A stretch of 64,000 bases of DNA. Origin: the human T2T-CHM13v2.0 reference genome, Homo sapiens. The notes beneath the pieces were generated by a model. It saw nothing but the letters and a program-made list of their open reading frames with translations, did no database searches and was not told where the DNA came from. The stretch is from NCBI RefSeq assembly GCF_009914755.1, contig NC_060940.1, one strand, 5' to 3'. The first letter of the stretch is position 1, and the number at the start of each line of letters is the position of its first letter. Position numbers and translations under genes: made by a program. Below are positions 46,301 through 60,300 of the stretch, piece by piece.

Positions 46301-47394
46301 GATTATTCCATTGGATTCCTTTCAATGATGATTCCATTCGATTCCATTTGATGATGTTTCTCTTGTATTCCATTGGATAATTCCTTTCAGTTCCCTTCGA
46401 TGATTATTCTTTCGAGTCAATTCGATGATTCTATTCCATTCCCTTCGATGATGATTCCATTTCACTCCATTTGATGATTCCATTCGACTCAATTTGGTGA
46501 TGATTCAATTCGATGACATTCGATGACTCCATTCAATTTCATTTGATGATGATTACATTCGAGTCCATTTGATGATTGTATTCCTTTCCTTTTGATGATT
46601 ATTCCATTCGTGTCTATTCAAAGGTTCCATTCTATTCCATTCAATGATGATTGCATTTGATTCCATTCAATGATTATGGCTATCGATTCCACTCGTTGAT
46701 TCCATTTGATTCCGTTCGATGATTATTCCGTTAGATTCCATTAGAAGATTCCATTCGATTTTATTCAATGATTCCAATGGATTCCATTCAATGATGATTC
46801 CATTCGACTCCATTCAGTGATTCCATTCGAGTCCATTTGATGATTCCATTCTTTTCCATTTGATGATGATTCCATTAGGGTCCATTCAATGATTCCATTC
46901 GAGTCCATTCGTTAATGCCTTTCGAGTCCTTTTGATCACTACATTCGAGTCCATTCAATGATTCTATTCGATTCCATTCCATGATGATTCCATTCGAGTT
47001 CATTCGATGATTGCATTCGAGTCCATTTGATGATTCCATATGATTCCCTTCGACAATGATTTCATTCGTGTCCATTTGATGATTCCATTCATTTCCTATC
47101 GATTCAAGTGTATTCGATGATTCCATTCAAATCCATTCGATGATGATTCCATTCCAGTCCATTCGATCATTCCACTTGATTCCATTTGATGACTATTCCA
47201 TTCAAATCCATTTGATGATTCCATTCGATTCCATTCGATGTTACCATTCGAGTATATACGATGATTCCACTCGATTCCATTTGATGATTATTCCATTGGA
47301 GTCCACTTAGTGAATCCTTTAGATTCTACTCGAAGATGATTCCATTCGAGTCCATTCGATGATACCATTCAATTCCATTCGTTGATGCTTCAAT
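43325..47394 (+). repeat. Variant short unit A (4,070 bp) carrying the divergent 1.8-kb HSat2 block
   Basis: Anchor at 43325 and 47395. Canonical sequence stops at about 45440 and resumes at 47261 (ATGATTCCACTCG...GAGTCCACTTAGTGAATCC). Confidence 0.88.
45441..47260 (+). repeat. Divergent HSat2 block, copy 1 (1,820 bp), not part of the 6,112-bp unit
   Basis: Contains landmark k-mers not seen in copies 1-7: AGTCTATTTATATATTATATTCG, CTTGCAATGATTCCCTACG, CCGGTCGATT, TATGGCTATCG, GATCACTACATTCG, GAGTATATACG. Confidence 0.88.
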
Positions 47395-50300
47395 TCAAGT
47401 GCATTCGATGATATCATTCGATTCCATTTGATGATAATTCCATTTGATTGCATGCGATGATTCTATTCGATTCCATTCAATGATAATTCCATTCAATTCA
47501 GTGATTCCTCTGGACTCCATTTGATGATGATTCCATTCAATGATTCCATTCGATTCTATTCGAAAATGATTCCATTTGAATCCATTTGATGATGATTCCA
47601 TTGGATTCCATTTGATGATTCCATTCGATTCCATTCGATGATGATTCCATTCGATTCCTTTTGATGATTCCATTCTATTGTATTCGATGATGATTCCATT
47701 CGATTCCATTCGATGATGATTGGATTGGATTCCATTTGATGATTTCATTTGATTCCATTCGATAATGATTTCGATCAATTCCATTCGATGATTCCATTCG
47801 ATTCCATTCGATAATGATTACATCCGAGTCCATTCGATGATTCCATTTGAGCCCGTTTGATAATTCCATTTGAGTCCAATCAATGATTCCATTCATTTCC
47901 ATTCAATGATTCCATTCGAGTCCATTTGATCATTCCGGTAAGGTCCGTTCGATGTTGATTCCATTGGAGTGCATTCGATGATTCCATTCGAGTCCATTTT
48001 AGGATTTGATTCGAGTCCTTTCGATGATTCCATTCGATTCCACTCGATGATTTCATTCGAGTCCATTCGACACTTCCAATCGATTCCATTTGATGTTTCC
48101 ATTCGATTCCAATTGATGATTCCATTCAATTCCATTCGATGATGATTCCGTACGATTCCATTCTGTGATGATTCCATGTGATTGCATTCAATGATGATTC
48201 CTTTCGATTGCATTCGATTATGATTCATTTCGTGTTCATTCTATGGTTCCACAGGTTTCCATTCGATGATGTTTCCATTCGTGTCCATTCCATGATTCCA
48301 TTCTATTCCATTTGAAGATGATTCCATTCGATTCCGTTCATTGGTGATTCCACTCAATTCCATTCAATGATTCCATTCCATTTCTTTCAACAATGATTCC
48401 ATTAGTTTCTATTCGATGATCCACTTGATTCCATTTGACGATGATTCCATTCGTGTCCATTCGATGATTCCATTTGATTCCATATGATGATGATTCCATT
48501 CGATTCCATACGATGATGATTCCATTCGAGTCCATTCAATGGTGATTCCATTCAATTCCATTCGATGATTCCTTTCGATTCCATTCAATGATGATGGCAT
48601 TCAATTCCTTTCGATCATTCCCTTTGATTCCATTCAAAGGTGATTTCATTCAAGTCCATTCGATAATTGCATTCGATTCCATTCTATGATGATTCCATTC
48701 GAGTCCATTTGATGATTCCATTCAATTCAAGTCAATGATGATTCCATTCGATTCCACTCGATGATTCCATTGGATTCCATTCGATGATGATTCCATTCAA
48801 ATCCATTCGATAATTCAATTCAAGTCCATTCGATGATGATTCCAATCGAATCCATTCAAAGATTCCACTCAATTCCATTCGATGATGATTCCCTTAGATT
48901 CCATTCGATGATTCCACTTGATTCCATTTACGATGATTCCATTCGATTCCATGTGATGATTCCATTCAATTCTATTCAATGATGTTTCCACTTGATTCCA
49001 TTCGAACATGATTGCCTTTGATACCATTCAATGATTCCATACGGTTCCATTTGATGATGATTCCATTCGAGTGCATTAGATGATTCCATTCGAGTCCATT
49101 CGATGATTCCATTCGATTCCATTCGATGTTGATTCTGTTCAAATCCATTCGATGATTCCACTCGATTCCATTCGATGACTCCATTTGATCCCATTCGATG
49201 ATTTCCTTTGATTCCCTTTGATGATCATTCCATTTGATTCAATTCGGTGATTTTATTTGATTCCATTCAGTGATGTTTCCATTCAACTCCTTTCGATGAT
49301 GATTCCATTCGACTCCATTCGATTATGATTTCATGCAATTCCATTCGATAATGATTCCCTTCAAGTCCATTCGATGATTCCATTCGATTCCATTCAACGA
49401 TGATTTGATTCGTGTCCATTCGATGATTCCATTTGATTCCATTTGATGATGATTCCATTCGAGTCCCTTTGATGATTCCATTCAATTCCATTCTCCGATG
49501 ATTTCTTTTGAGCCCATTCAATGCTTCCACTCGATTCCATATGATGATGACTCCATTTGATGAAATTCCATGATGATTCCATTCGCTTGCATTCGATGAT
49601 GATTCCACTTGAGTCAGTTAGAAGATTCTATTCAATTACATTCCATGACGATTCTGTTCGAGTCCATTTGATGATTCCATTAGACTCCATTCGACGATGA
49701 TTCCATTCGATGTTATTCGATGATGATTCCATTCAACTCCATTCGATGTTTCCATTCGAGTTCATTCTATTATTCCATTAGATTCCATTCGATGATGATT
49801 CCATTCGATTCCATTTGATGATTGCATTCTATTTCATTTGATGATGATTCCATTCGAGTCCATTCGATGATTCCATTCGAGTCCATTTAATGAATCCATT
49901 GGTTTCAATTCTATGATGATTACATTGGATTCCATTCGTTGATGATTTCATTCGATTCCATTCAATGATGATTCCATTCAATTCCATTCAATGATTCCAC
50001 TGAATTCCATACGATGATGATTCCATTTGATTTGATTCGACAGTGAGCCATTCGATTCAATTCCATGATGATTCTATTTGATTCAATTGGTTGACATTTC
50101 CATTCGATTCCATTCGATGATGATTCCATTTGATTCCATTCAAAGATGATTCCATTCTAGCCCATTCAATCATTCCATTCGATTCTATTCAATGATGATT
50201 CCATTCATGTCGATTTGGTGATTCCATTTGACTTCATTTGATGATGATTCCTTTCAAGTTCATTAGATGATTCCATTCGATTCCATTTGATGATGATCCC

Positions 50301-53296
50301 ATTCGAGTCTATTCAGTGATTCCACTCGTTTCCATTCCATGATGATTCCATTCCATTCCATTCAATGATTCCATTCGATTCCGTTTGATGATGATTTCAT
50401 TCGAGTCCATTTGATGATTCCATTTGATTCCATTTGATGATGATTACATTCGAGTCCATACGATGATTCCACTCAATTCCATATGATGATGATTCCATTC
50501 GATTCCATTCGATGATTCCAGTCTATTCTATTCAATGGTGATTCCATTCGAGTACATTAGATGATTCCATTCGATTCCATTCAATGATGATTCTATTTGT
50601 GTCCCTTAGATGGTTCCACATGATTCCATTTCATGATGATACTATTTGAGCCCATCCAATGATTCCCTTCGATTCCATTCGATGAGGATTCCATTCGATT
50701 CAATTCATTTGTGATTCTATTCAATTCAATTCTTTGATTCCATTAAATTCCATTCGACAATGATTCCATTCGATTTCCTTCGATGATTCCACTCCATTCC
50801 ACTTGACATTGATTCCATTCGATTCCATTCAATGATTCCGTTTCATTCCAGTGGATGATGATTGCCATCGATTCCATTCGATCACTCCATTCTATTCCAT
50901 TTGATGATGATTACATTCGATTCCATTTGATGATTCCATCTGATTCTATTCGAGGATTCCATTTGATTCCATTCGATGATGATTCCATTCGAGTGCATTT
51001 GATGATTTCATTCGAGTACATCCAATGATTCCATTCGAGTCCATTTGATGATTCCATTTGATTCCATTTGATTATGATTCTACTAGAGTCCATTCAATGA
51101 CTCCCTTCGAATCCATTCAACAATTCCATTCGAGGCCATTCGATGATTCCATTTCATGATTCCATTCGAGTCCATTTAATCATTACAGTCGAGTCCATTT
51201 GGTGATTCCACTGGATTTCTTTTGATAATGATACCATTCAATTACATTTGATGATGATCCCATTCAATTTCATTTGATGGTGATTCCATTAGAGTCCATT
51301 CGATGATTTCATTCGAGTCCCTTCATTGATTCCATCCGATTTCATTGGATGATGACTCCATTCGAGTCCATTCGATGATTCCACTCGATTCCATTAGATG
51401 ATTCCATTGGAGTCCATTTGATTGTTCCATTCGATTCCATTCGATTCCTTTCGAAGATTATTCCATTTGAGTCCATTCGATGATGATTCCATTCCATTCC
51501 ATTCGATGATTCCGTTTGATTCCATTCGATGATTCCCTTCGATTCCTTTCTTTGATGATTCCATTCCATTCCATTCAATGATTCCATTCGAATCTATTCC
51601 ATGATGATTCCTTTCGATTCCATTCGCTGATGTTTCCGTTCAATTCCATTCGATGATGATTCCATTCGATTCCATTCATTGAGGATTCCATTTGATTCCA
51701 TTCAATGATGATTCCATTCTATTCCATTCAATGATTGCATTCAATTCCATTCAATGATTATCCCCTTAGAGTAAACTCAACGATTCCATTCAATACCATT
51801 CGATGATGATTCCTTTTGAGTCCATTCAATGATTTCATTCAAGTCCATTTGACGATTCCTTTCAATTCCCTTCTATGATGATTCACTTCTCGTCCATTGG
51901 ATGATTCCATTTCATTCCATTCGATGATGATTCCATTCGATTCCATTCGATGATTCCATTCGATTGCATTCGATGATTCCATTATATTCCAGTCAACGAT
52001 GATTCCATTCGAGTCCATTCGATGATTCCTTTAGAGTACATTTAATGATTGCTTTGTTTTCAATTCGAAGATGATTACATTGGATTCCATTCTATGATAC
52101 CATTCGATTCCATTCAATGATGATTCCACTCAAATCCATTGGATGATTCCATTCGTGTCCATTCGGTGATTTCCTTAGATTCCATTCGAGGATGATTCCA
52201 TTCGATTCCATTCGATGATTCCATTCAATTCCATTCGAGGATGATTCCATTCCAGTCCATATGATCATTCAATTTGATTTCATTCGATGATGATTCCATT
52301 CGATTCCATTCGATGATTCCATTCTATTCCATTCGATGATGATTCCATTCGAGTCCATTCGATGATTCCATTCGAGTCCATTTAATGATTCCATTGGGTT
52401 CAATTCAATGATGATTACATTGGATTCCGTTCTATGATTCCATTCAATTCCGTTCATTGACAATTTGATTCCATTCGATGATGATTCCATTTGAGTTCAT
52501 TCGATGATTCTATTCGATTCTCTTCGATGGTGATTCAATTCTATTATATTGGATGATTCCATTCGATTCCATTTGATGTTGATTCAATTCGATTCTATTC
52601 GATGATGATTCCATTGGATTTCACTTGATGATTCTATTCGATTCCATTCAATGATGATTCACTTCTCGTCCATTGGATGATTCCATTTCATTCCATTCGA
52701 TGATGATTCCATTCGATTCCATTCGATGATTCCATTTGATTCCATGCGTCGGTGAGCAATTCGATTCAATTCCATGATGATTCTATTTGATTCAATTAGA
52801 TGATGTTTCCATTCGAATCCATTCCATGATTATTCCATTGGAATCCATTCGGCGATGATTCCATATGAGTCAATTCAATGATGATTCCATATGGGTCCGT
52901 TCGATGATAATTCCATTTGATTTCATTCGGTGCTTCTATTCAATTCCAGTCGATGATGATTCCGTTGGAGTCCATACGATGATTCCATTTGATTTCATTT
53001 GATGATGATTCCATTCGATGATGATTACATTGGATTCCATTCTATGATTCCATTCAATTCCATTCGTTGATGATTCGATTCCATTAAATGATGATTCCAT
53101 TTGAGTTCATTGGATGATTCTATTCGATTCCGTTCGATGGTGATTCAATTCTCTTATATTGGATGAATCCACTCGATTCCATTTGATGATTATTCCATTG
53201 GAGTCCACTTAGTGAATCCTTCAGATTCTACTCGAAGATGATTCCATTCAAGTCCATTCGATGATACCATTCAATTCCATTCGTTGATGCTTCCAT
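47395..53296 (+). repeat. Variant long unit B (5,902 bp)
   Basis: Anchor at 47395 and 53297. Indels of -3, +16, +3, -72, -23, -170, -10 and +49 sum to -210 relative to 6,112. Confidence 0.85.
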
Positions 53297-56200
53297 TCAA
53301 GTGCATTCGATGATATCATTCGATTGCATTTGATGATAATTCCATTTGATTCCATGCGATGATTCTATTCGATTCCATTCAATGATAATTCCATTCAGTT
53401 CAGTGATTCCTCTGGACTCCATTTGATGATGATTCCATTCAATGATTCCATTCGATTCTATTCGAAAATGATTCCATTTGAATCCATTTGATGATGATTC
53501 CATTAGATTCCATTTGATGATTCCATTCGATTCCATGCGACGATGATTCCATTCGATTCCATGTGATGATTCCATTCTATTCTATTCGATGATGATTCCA
53601 TTCGATTCCATTCGATGATGATTGGATTCGATTCCATTTGATGATTTCATTTGATTCCATTCGTTAATGATTTCGATCAACTCCATTCGATGATTCCATT
53701 CGATTCCATTCGATAATGATTACATCCGTGTCCATTCAGTGATTCCATTTGAGCCCGTTCAATAATTCCATTTGAGTCCAACCAATGATTCCATTCATTT
53801 CCATTCAATGATTCCATTCGAGTCCATTTGATCATTCCGGTAGGGTCCATTCGATGTTGATTCCATTGGAGTGCATTCGATGATTCCATTCGAGTCTATT
53901 TTATGATTTGATTCGAGTCCTTTCGATGATTCCATTCGATTCCACTCGATGATGATTTCATTCGAGTCCATTCGACACTTCCAATCGATTCCATTTGATG
54001 TTTCCATTCGAGTCCAATTGATGATTCCATTCAATTCCATTCGATGATGATTCCGTACGATTCCATTCTGTGATGATTCCATGTGATTGCATTCAATGAT
54101 GATTCCTTTAGATTGCATTCGATTGTGATTCATTTCGTCTTCATTCTATGGTTCCACAGGTTTCCATTCATGTCCATTCCATTATTCCATTCTATTCCAT
54201 TTGATGATGATTCCATTCGATTCCATTCATTGGTGATTCCACTCAATTCCATTCAATGATTCCATTCCATTTCTTTCAACAATGATTCCATTAGTTTCTA
54301 ATCGATGATCCACTTGATTCCATTTGACGACGATTCCATTCTTGTCCATTCGATGATTCCATTTGATTCCATATGATGATGATTCCATTCGATTCCATAC
54401 GATGATGATTCCATTCGAGTCCATTCAATGGTGATTCCATTCAATTCCATTCGATGATTCCTTTCGATTCCATTCGATGATGATGGCATTCGATTCCTTT
54501 CAATCATTCCCTTTGATTCCATTCAAAGGTGATTTCATTCAAGTCCATTCGATAATTGCATTCGATTCCATTCTATGATGATTCCATTCGAGTCCATTTG
54601 ATGATTCCATTCAATTCAAGTCAATGATGATTCCATTCGATTCCATTCGATGATTCCATTGGATTCCATTCGATGATGATTCCATTCAAATCCATTCGAT
54701 AATTCAATTCAAGTCCATTCGATGATGATTAAAATCGAATCCATTCAAAGATTCCATTCAGTTCCATTCGATGATTCCCTTAGATTCTATTCGATGATTC
54801 CACTTGATTCCATTTACGATGATTCCATTCGATTCCATGTGATGATTCCATTCAATTCTATTCAATGCTGTTTCCATTTGATTCCATTCGACCATGATTG
54901 CCTTTGATTCCATTCAATGACTCCATTCGGTTCCCTTTGATGATGATTCCGTTCGATTCCATTTCATTATTCCATTTGATTCCATTGGATGAGTCCATTC
55001 GATTACATTCGATGATTATTCCATTCGAGTGCATTAGATGATTCCATTCGAGTCCATTCGATGATTCCATTCGATGTTGATTCTGTTCAAATCCATTCGA
55101 TGATTCCACTCGATTCCATTCGATGACTCCAGTTGATCCCATTCGATGATTTCCTTTGATTCCCTTTGATGATCATTCCATTTGATTCAATTCGGTGATT
55201 TCATTTGATTCCATTCAGTGATGTTTCCATTCGACTCCATTCGATGATGATTCCATTCGACTCCATTCGATTATGATTTCATTCAATTCCATTCGATAAT
55301 GATTCCCTTCGAGTCCATTCGATGATTCCATTCGATTCCATTCAACGATGATTTGATTCGTGTCCATTCGATGATTCCATTTGATTCCACTTGATGATGA
55401 TTCCATTCGAGTCTATTTATGTATTATATTCGTGTCCACTTCATGATTCCATTCAATTCCATTTAATGTTGATTCCATTTGATTCCATTTGATGATTCAG
55501 TTCGATTCCTTGCAATGATTCCCTACGATTCCTTTCTATGATGATTCCATTCGATTCCATTCATTTATGATTTCATTCGACTCCATTCGATGATGATTCC
55601 TTTCGATTCCATTTGACGATGTTTCCATTCGAGTCCATTCGATCATGATTCTATTCAATTCTGTTCTATTATGATTCCATTCGATTTCATTCAATGCTTC
55701 TATTTGATTCCATTCGATGATGATTCCATCTCTTTCCCTTCGATGATTCCATTTGATTCCATTCAGTGATGATTCCATTTGATTCCATCTGATGATGATT
55801 TCACTTGATTCCTTTCAATGATGATTCAATTCAAGTCCATTCGATGATTCCATTGGAGTCCAAACGATCATTCCGTTCGATTCCATTCAATGGTGATTCC
55901 ATTCATGTCCATTCGATGAATCCATTCAATTCCATTCGATGATGACTCCATTCGAGTACATTCGATGATTCCATTTGATTCCATTTGAAGATGATTCCAT
56001 TCAATTCCATTCGAAGATGATTCCATTCAATTCCATTCGATGATGATTCCGTATGAATCCATTCTCTGATTATTCCATTCGATTCCATTCATTGACGATT
56101 CCATTCAATTCCATTCAATGATGATTCTCTTCTATTCCATTCGATGATTCCGGTCGATTCCATTCGATGATGATTCCATTAGATTCCATTCGATTGTTGC

Positions 56201-57374
56201 ATTCGATTCCCTTCGATGATGATTCCTTTGAATTCCATTCGATTATCATTCCGTATGAATCCATTTGATGATTATTCCATTGGATTCCTTTCGATGATGA
56301 TTCCATTCGATTCCATTTGATGATGTTTCTCTTGTATTCCATTGGATAATTCCTTTCAGTTCCCTTCGATGATTATTCTTTCGAGTCAATTCGATGATTC
56401 TATTCCATTCCCTTCGATGATGATTCCATTTCACTCCATTTGATGATTCCATTCGACTCAATTTGGTGATGATTCAATTCGATGACATTCGATGACTCCA
56501 TTCAATTTCATTTGATGATGATTGCATTCGAGTCCATTTGATGATTGTATTCCTTTCCTTTTGATGATTATTCCATTCGTGTCTATTCAAAGATTCCATT
56601 CTATTCCATTCAATGATGATTGCATTTGAATCCATTCAATGATTATGGCTATCGATTCCACTCGTTGATTCCATTTGATTCCGTTCGAGGATTATTCCGT
56701 TAGATTCCATTAGAAGATTCCATTCGATTTTATTCAATGATTCCAATGGATTCCATTCAATGATGATTCCATTCGACTCCATTCAGTGATTCCATTCGAG
56801 TCCATTTGATGATTCCATTTTTTTCCATTTGATGATGATTCCATTAGGGTCCATTCAATGATTCCATTCGAGTCCATTCGTTAACGCCTTTCGAGTCCTT
56901 TTGATCACTACATTCGAGTCCATTCAATGATTCTATTCGATTCCATTCGATGATGATTCCATTCGAGTTCATTCGATGATTGCATTCGAGTCCATTTGAT
57001 GATTCCAAATGATTCCATTCGACAATGATTCCATTCGTGTCCATTTGATGATTCCATTCATTTCCTATCGATGAAGATTCCGTTCAAGTGTATTCGATGA
57101 TTCCATTCAAATCCATTCGATGATGATTCCATTCCAGTCCATTCGATCATTCCACTTGATTCCATTTGATGACTATTCCATTCAAATCCATTTGATGATT
57201 CCATTCGATTCCATTCGATGTTACCATTCGAGTATATACGATGATTCCACTCGATTCCATTTGATGATTATTCCATTGGAGTCCACTTAGTGAATCCTTT
57301 AGATTCTACTGGAAGATGATTCCCTTCGAGTCCATTCGATGATACCATTCAATTCCATTCGTTGATGCTTCCAT
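53297..57374 (+). repeat. Variant short unit A' (4,078 bp) carrying the second copy of the divergent block
   Basis: Anchor at 53297 and 57375. Confidence 0.88.
55410..57240 (+). repeat. Divergent HSat2 block, copy 2 (1,831 bp)
   Basis: Same landmarks as 45441-47260, offset by 9,969 bp (ORFs 45567/55536, 45934/55903, 46146/56115). It is 11 bp longer (TGAAGATTCCG near 57072). Confidence 0.88.
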
Positions 57375-60300
57375 TCAAGTGCATTCGATGATATCATTCG
57401 ATTCCATTTGATGATAATTCCATTTGATTCCATGCGATGATTCTATTCGATTCCATTCAATGATAATTCCATTCAATTCAGTGATTCCTCTGGACTCCAT
57501 TTGATGATGATTCCATTCAATGATTCCATTCGATTCTATTCGAAAATGATTCCATTTGAATCCATTTGATGATGATTCCATTGGATTCCATTTGATGATT
57601 CCATTCGATTCCATTCGATGATGATTCCATTCGATTCCATTTGATGATTCCATTCTATTGCATTCGATGATGATTCCATTCGATTCCATTCGATGATGAT
57701 TGGATTCGATTCCATTTGATTCCATTCGATAATGATTTCGATCAATTCCATTCGATGATTCCATTCGATTCCATTCGATAATGATTACATCCGAGTCCAT
57801 TCGATGATTCCATTTGAGCCCGTTCGATAATTCCATTTGAGTCCAATCAATGATTCCATTCATTTCCATTCAATGATTCCATTCGAGTCCATTTGATCAT
57901 TCCGGTAGGGTCCGTTCGATGTTGATTCCATTGGTGTGCATTCGATGATTCCATTCGAGTCCATTTTAGGATTTGATTCGAGTCCTTTCGATGATTCCAT
58001 TCGATTCCACTCGATGATTTCATTCGAGTCCATTCGACACTTCCAATCGATTCCATTTGATGTTTCCATTCGATTCCAATTGATGATTCCATTCAGTTCC
58101 ATTCGATGATGATTCCGTACGATTCCATTCTGTGATGATTCCATGTGATTGCATTCAATGATGATTCCTTTCGATTGCATTCGATTATGATTCATTTCGT
58201 GTTCATTCTATGGTTCCACAGGTTTCCATTCGATGATGTTTCCATTAGTGTCCATTCCATTATTCCATTCTATTCCATTTGAAGATGATTCCATTCGATT
58301 CCATTCATTGGTGATTCCACTCAATTCCATTCAATGATTCCATTCCATTTCTTTCAACAATGATTCCATTAGTTTCTATTCGATGATCCACTTGATTCCA
58401 TTTGACGATGATTCCATTCGTGTCCATTCGATGATTCCATTTGATTCCATATGATGATGATTCCATTCGATTCCATACGATGATGATTCCATTCGAGTCC
58501 ATTCAATGGTGATTCCATTCAATTCCATTCGATGATTCCTTTTGATTCCATTCAATGATGATGGCATTCGATTCCTTTCGATCATTCCCTTTGATTCCAT
58601 TCAAAGGTGATTTCATTCAAGTCCATTCGATAATTGCATTCGATTCCATTCTATGATGATTCCATTCGAGTCCATTTGATGATTCCATTCAATTCAAGTC
58701 AATGATGATTCCATTCGATTCCACTCGATGATTCCATTGGATTCCATTCGATGATGATTCCATTCAAATCCATTCGATAATTCAATTCAAGTCCATTCGA
58801 TGATGATTCCAATCGAATCCATTCAAAGATTCCACTCAATTCCATTCGATGATGATTCCCTTAGATTCCATTCGATGATTCCACTTGATTCCATTTACGA
58901 TGATTCCATTCGATTCCATGTGATGATTCCATTCAATTCTATTCAATGATGTTTCCACTTGATTCCATTCGAACATGATTGCCTTTGATTCCATTCAATG
59001 ATTCCATACGGTTCCATTTGATGATGATTCCATTCGAGTTCATTAGATGATTCCATTCGAGTCCATTCGATGATTCCATTCGATTCCATTCGATGTTGAT
59101 TCTGTTCAAATCCATTCGATGATTCCACTCGATTCCATTCGATGACTCCATTTGATCCCATTAGATGATTTCCTTTGATTCCCTTTGATGATCATTCCAT
59201 TTGATTCAATTCGGTGATTTCATTTGATTCCATTCAGTGATGTTTCCATTCAACTCCTTTCGATGATGATTCCATTCGACTCCATTCGATTATGATTTCA
59301 TTCAATTCCATTCGATAATGATTCCCTTCAAGTCCATTCGATGATTCCATTCGATTCCATTCAACGATGATTTGATTAGTGTCCATTCGATGATTCCATT
59401 TGATTCCATTTGATGATGATTCCATTCGACTCCATTTGATGATTCCATTCAATTCCATTCTCCGATGATTTCTTTTGAGCCCATTCAATGCTTCCAATCG
59501 ATTCCATATGATGATGACTCCATTTGATGAAATTCCATGATGATTCCATTCGCTTGCATTCGATGATGATTCCACTTGAGTCCGTTAGAAGATTCTATTC
59601 AATTACATTCCATGACGATTCTGTTCGAGTCCATTTGATGGTTCCATTAGACTCCATTTGACGATGATTCCATTCGATGTTATTCGATGATGCTTCCATT
59701 CAACTCCATTCGATGTTTCCATTCGAGTTCATTCTATTATTCCATTAGATTCCATTCGATGATGATTCCATTCGATTCCATTTGATGATTGCATTCTGTT
59801 TCATTTGATGATGATTCCATTCGAGTCCATTCGATGATTCCATTCGAGTCCATTTAATGAATCCATTGGTTTCAATTCTATGATGATTACATTGGATTCC
59901 ATTCGTTGATGATTTCATTCGATTCCATTCAATGATGATTCCATTCAATTCCATTCAATGATTCCATTCAATTCCATACGATGATGATTCCATTTGATTT
60001 GATTCGACAGTGAGCCATTCGATTCAATTCCATGATGATTCTATTTGATTCAATTGGTTGACATTTCCATTCGATTCCATTCGATGATGATTCCATTTGA
60101 TTCCATTCAAAGATGATTCCATTCTAGCCCATTCAATCATTCCATTCGATTCTATTCAATGATGATTCCATTCATGTCGATTTGGTGATTCCATTTGACT
60201 TCATTTGATGATGATTCCTTTCAAGTTCATTAGATGATTCCATTCGATTCCATTTGATGATGATCCCATTCCAGTCCATTCAGTGATTCCACTCGTTTCC

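Noticed and set aside
57375-57869. Longest ORF (164 aa)
   Set aside because: It arises from a private 13-bp deletion near 57715 that fuses two spurious repeat-derived frames.
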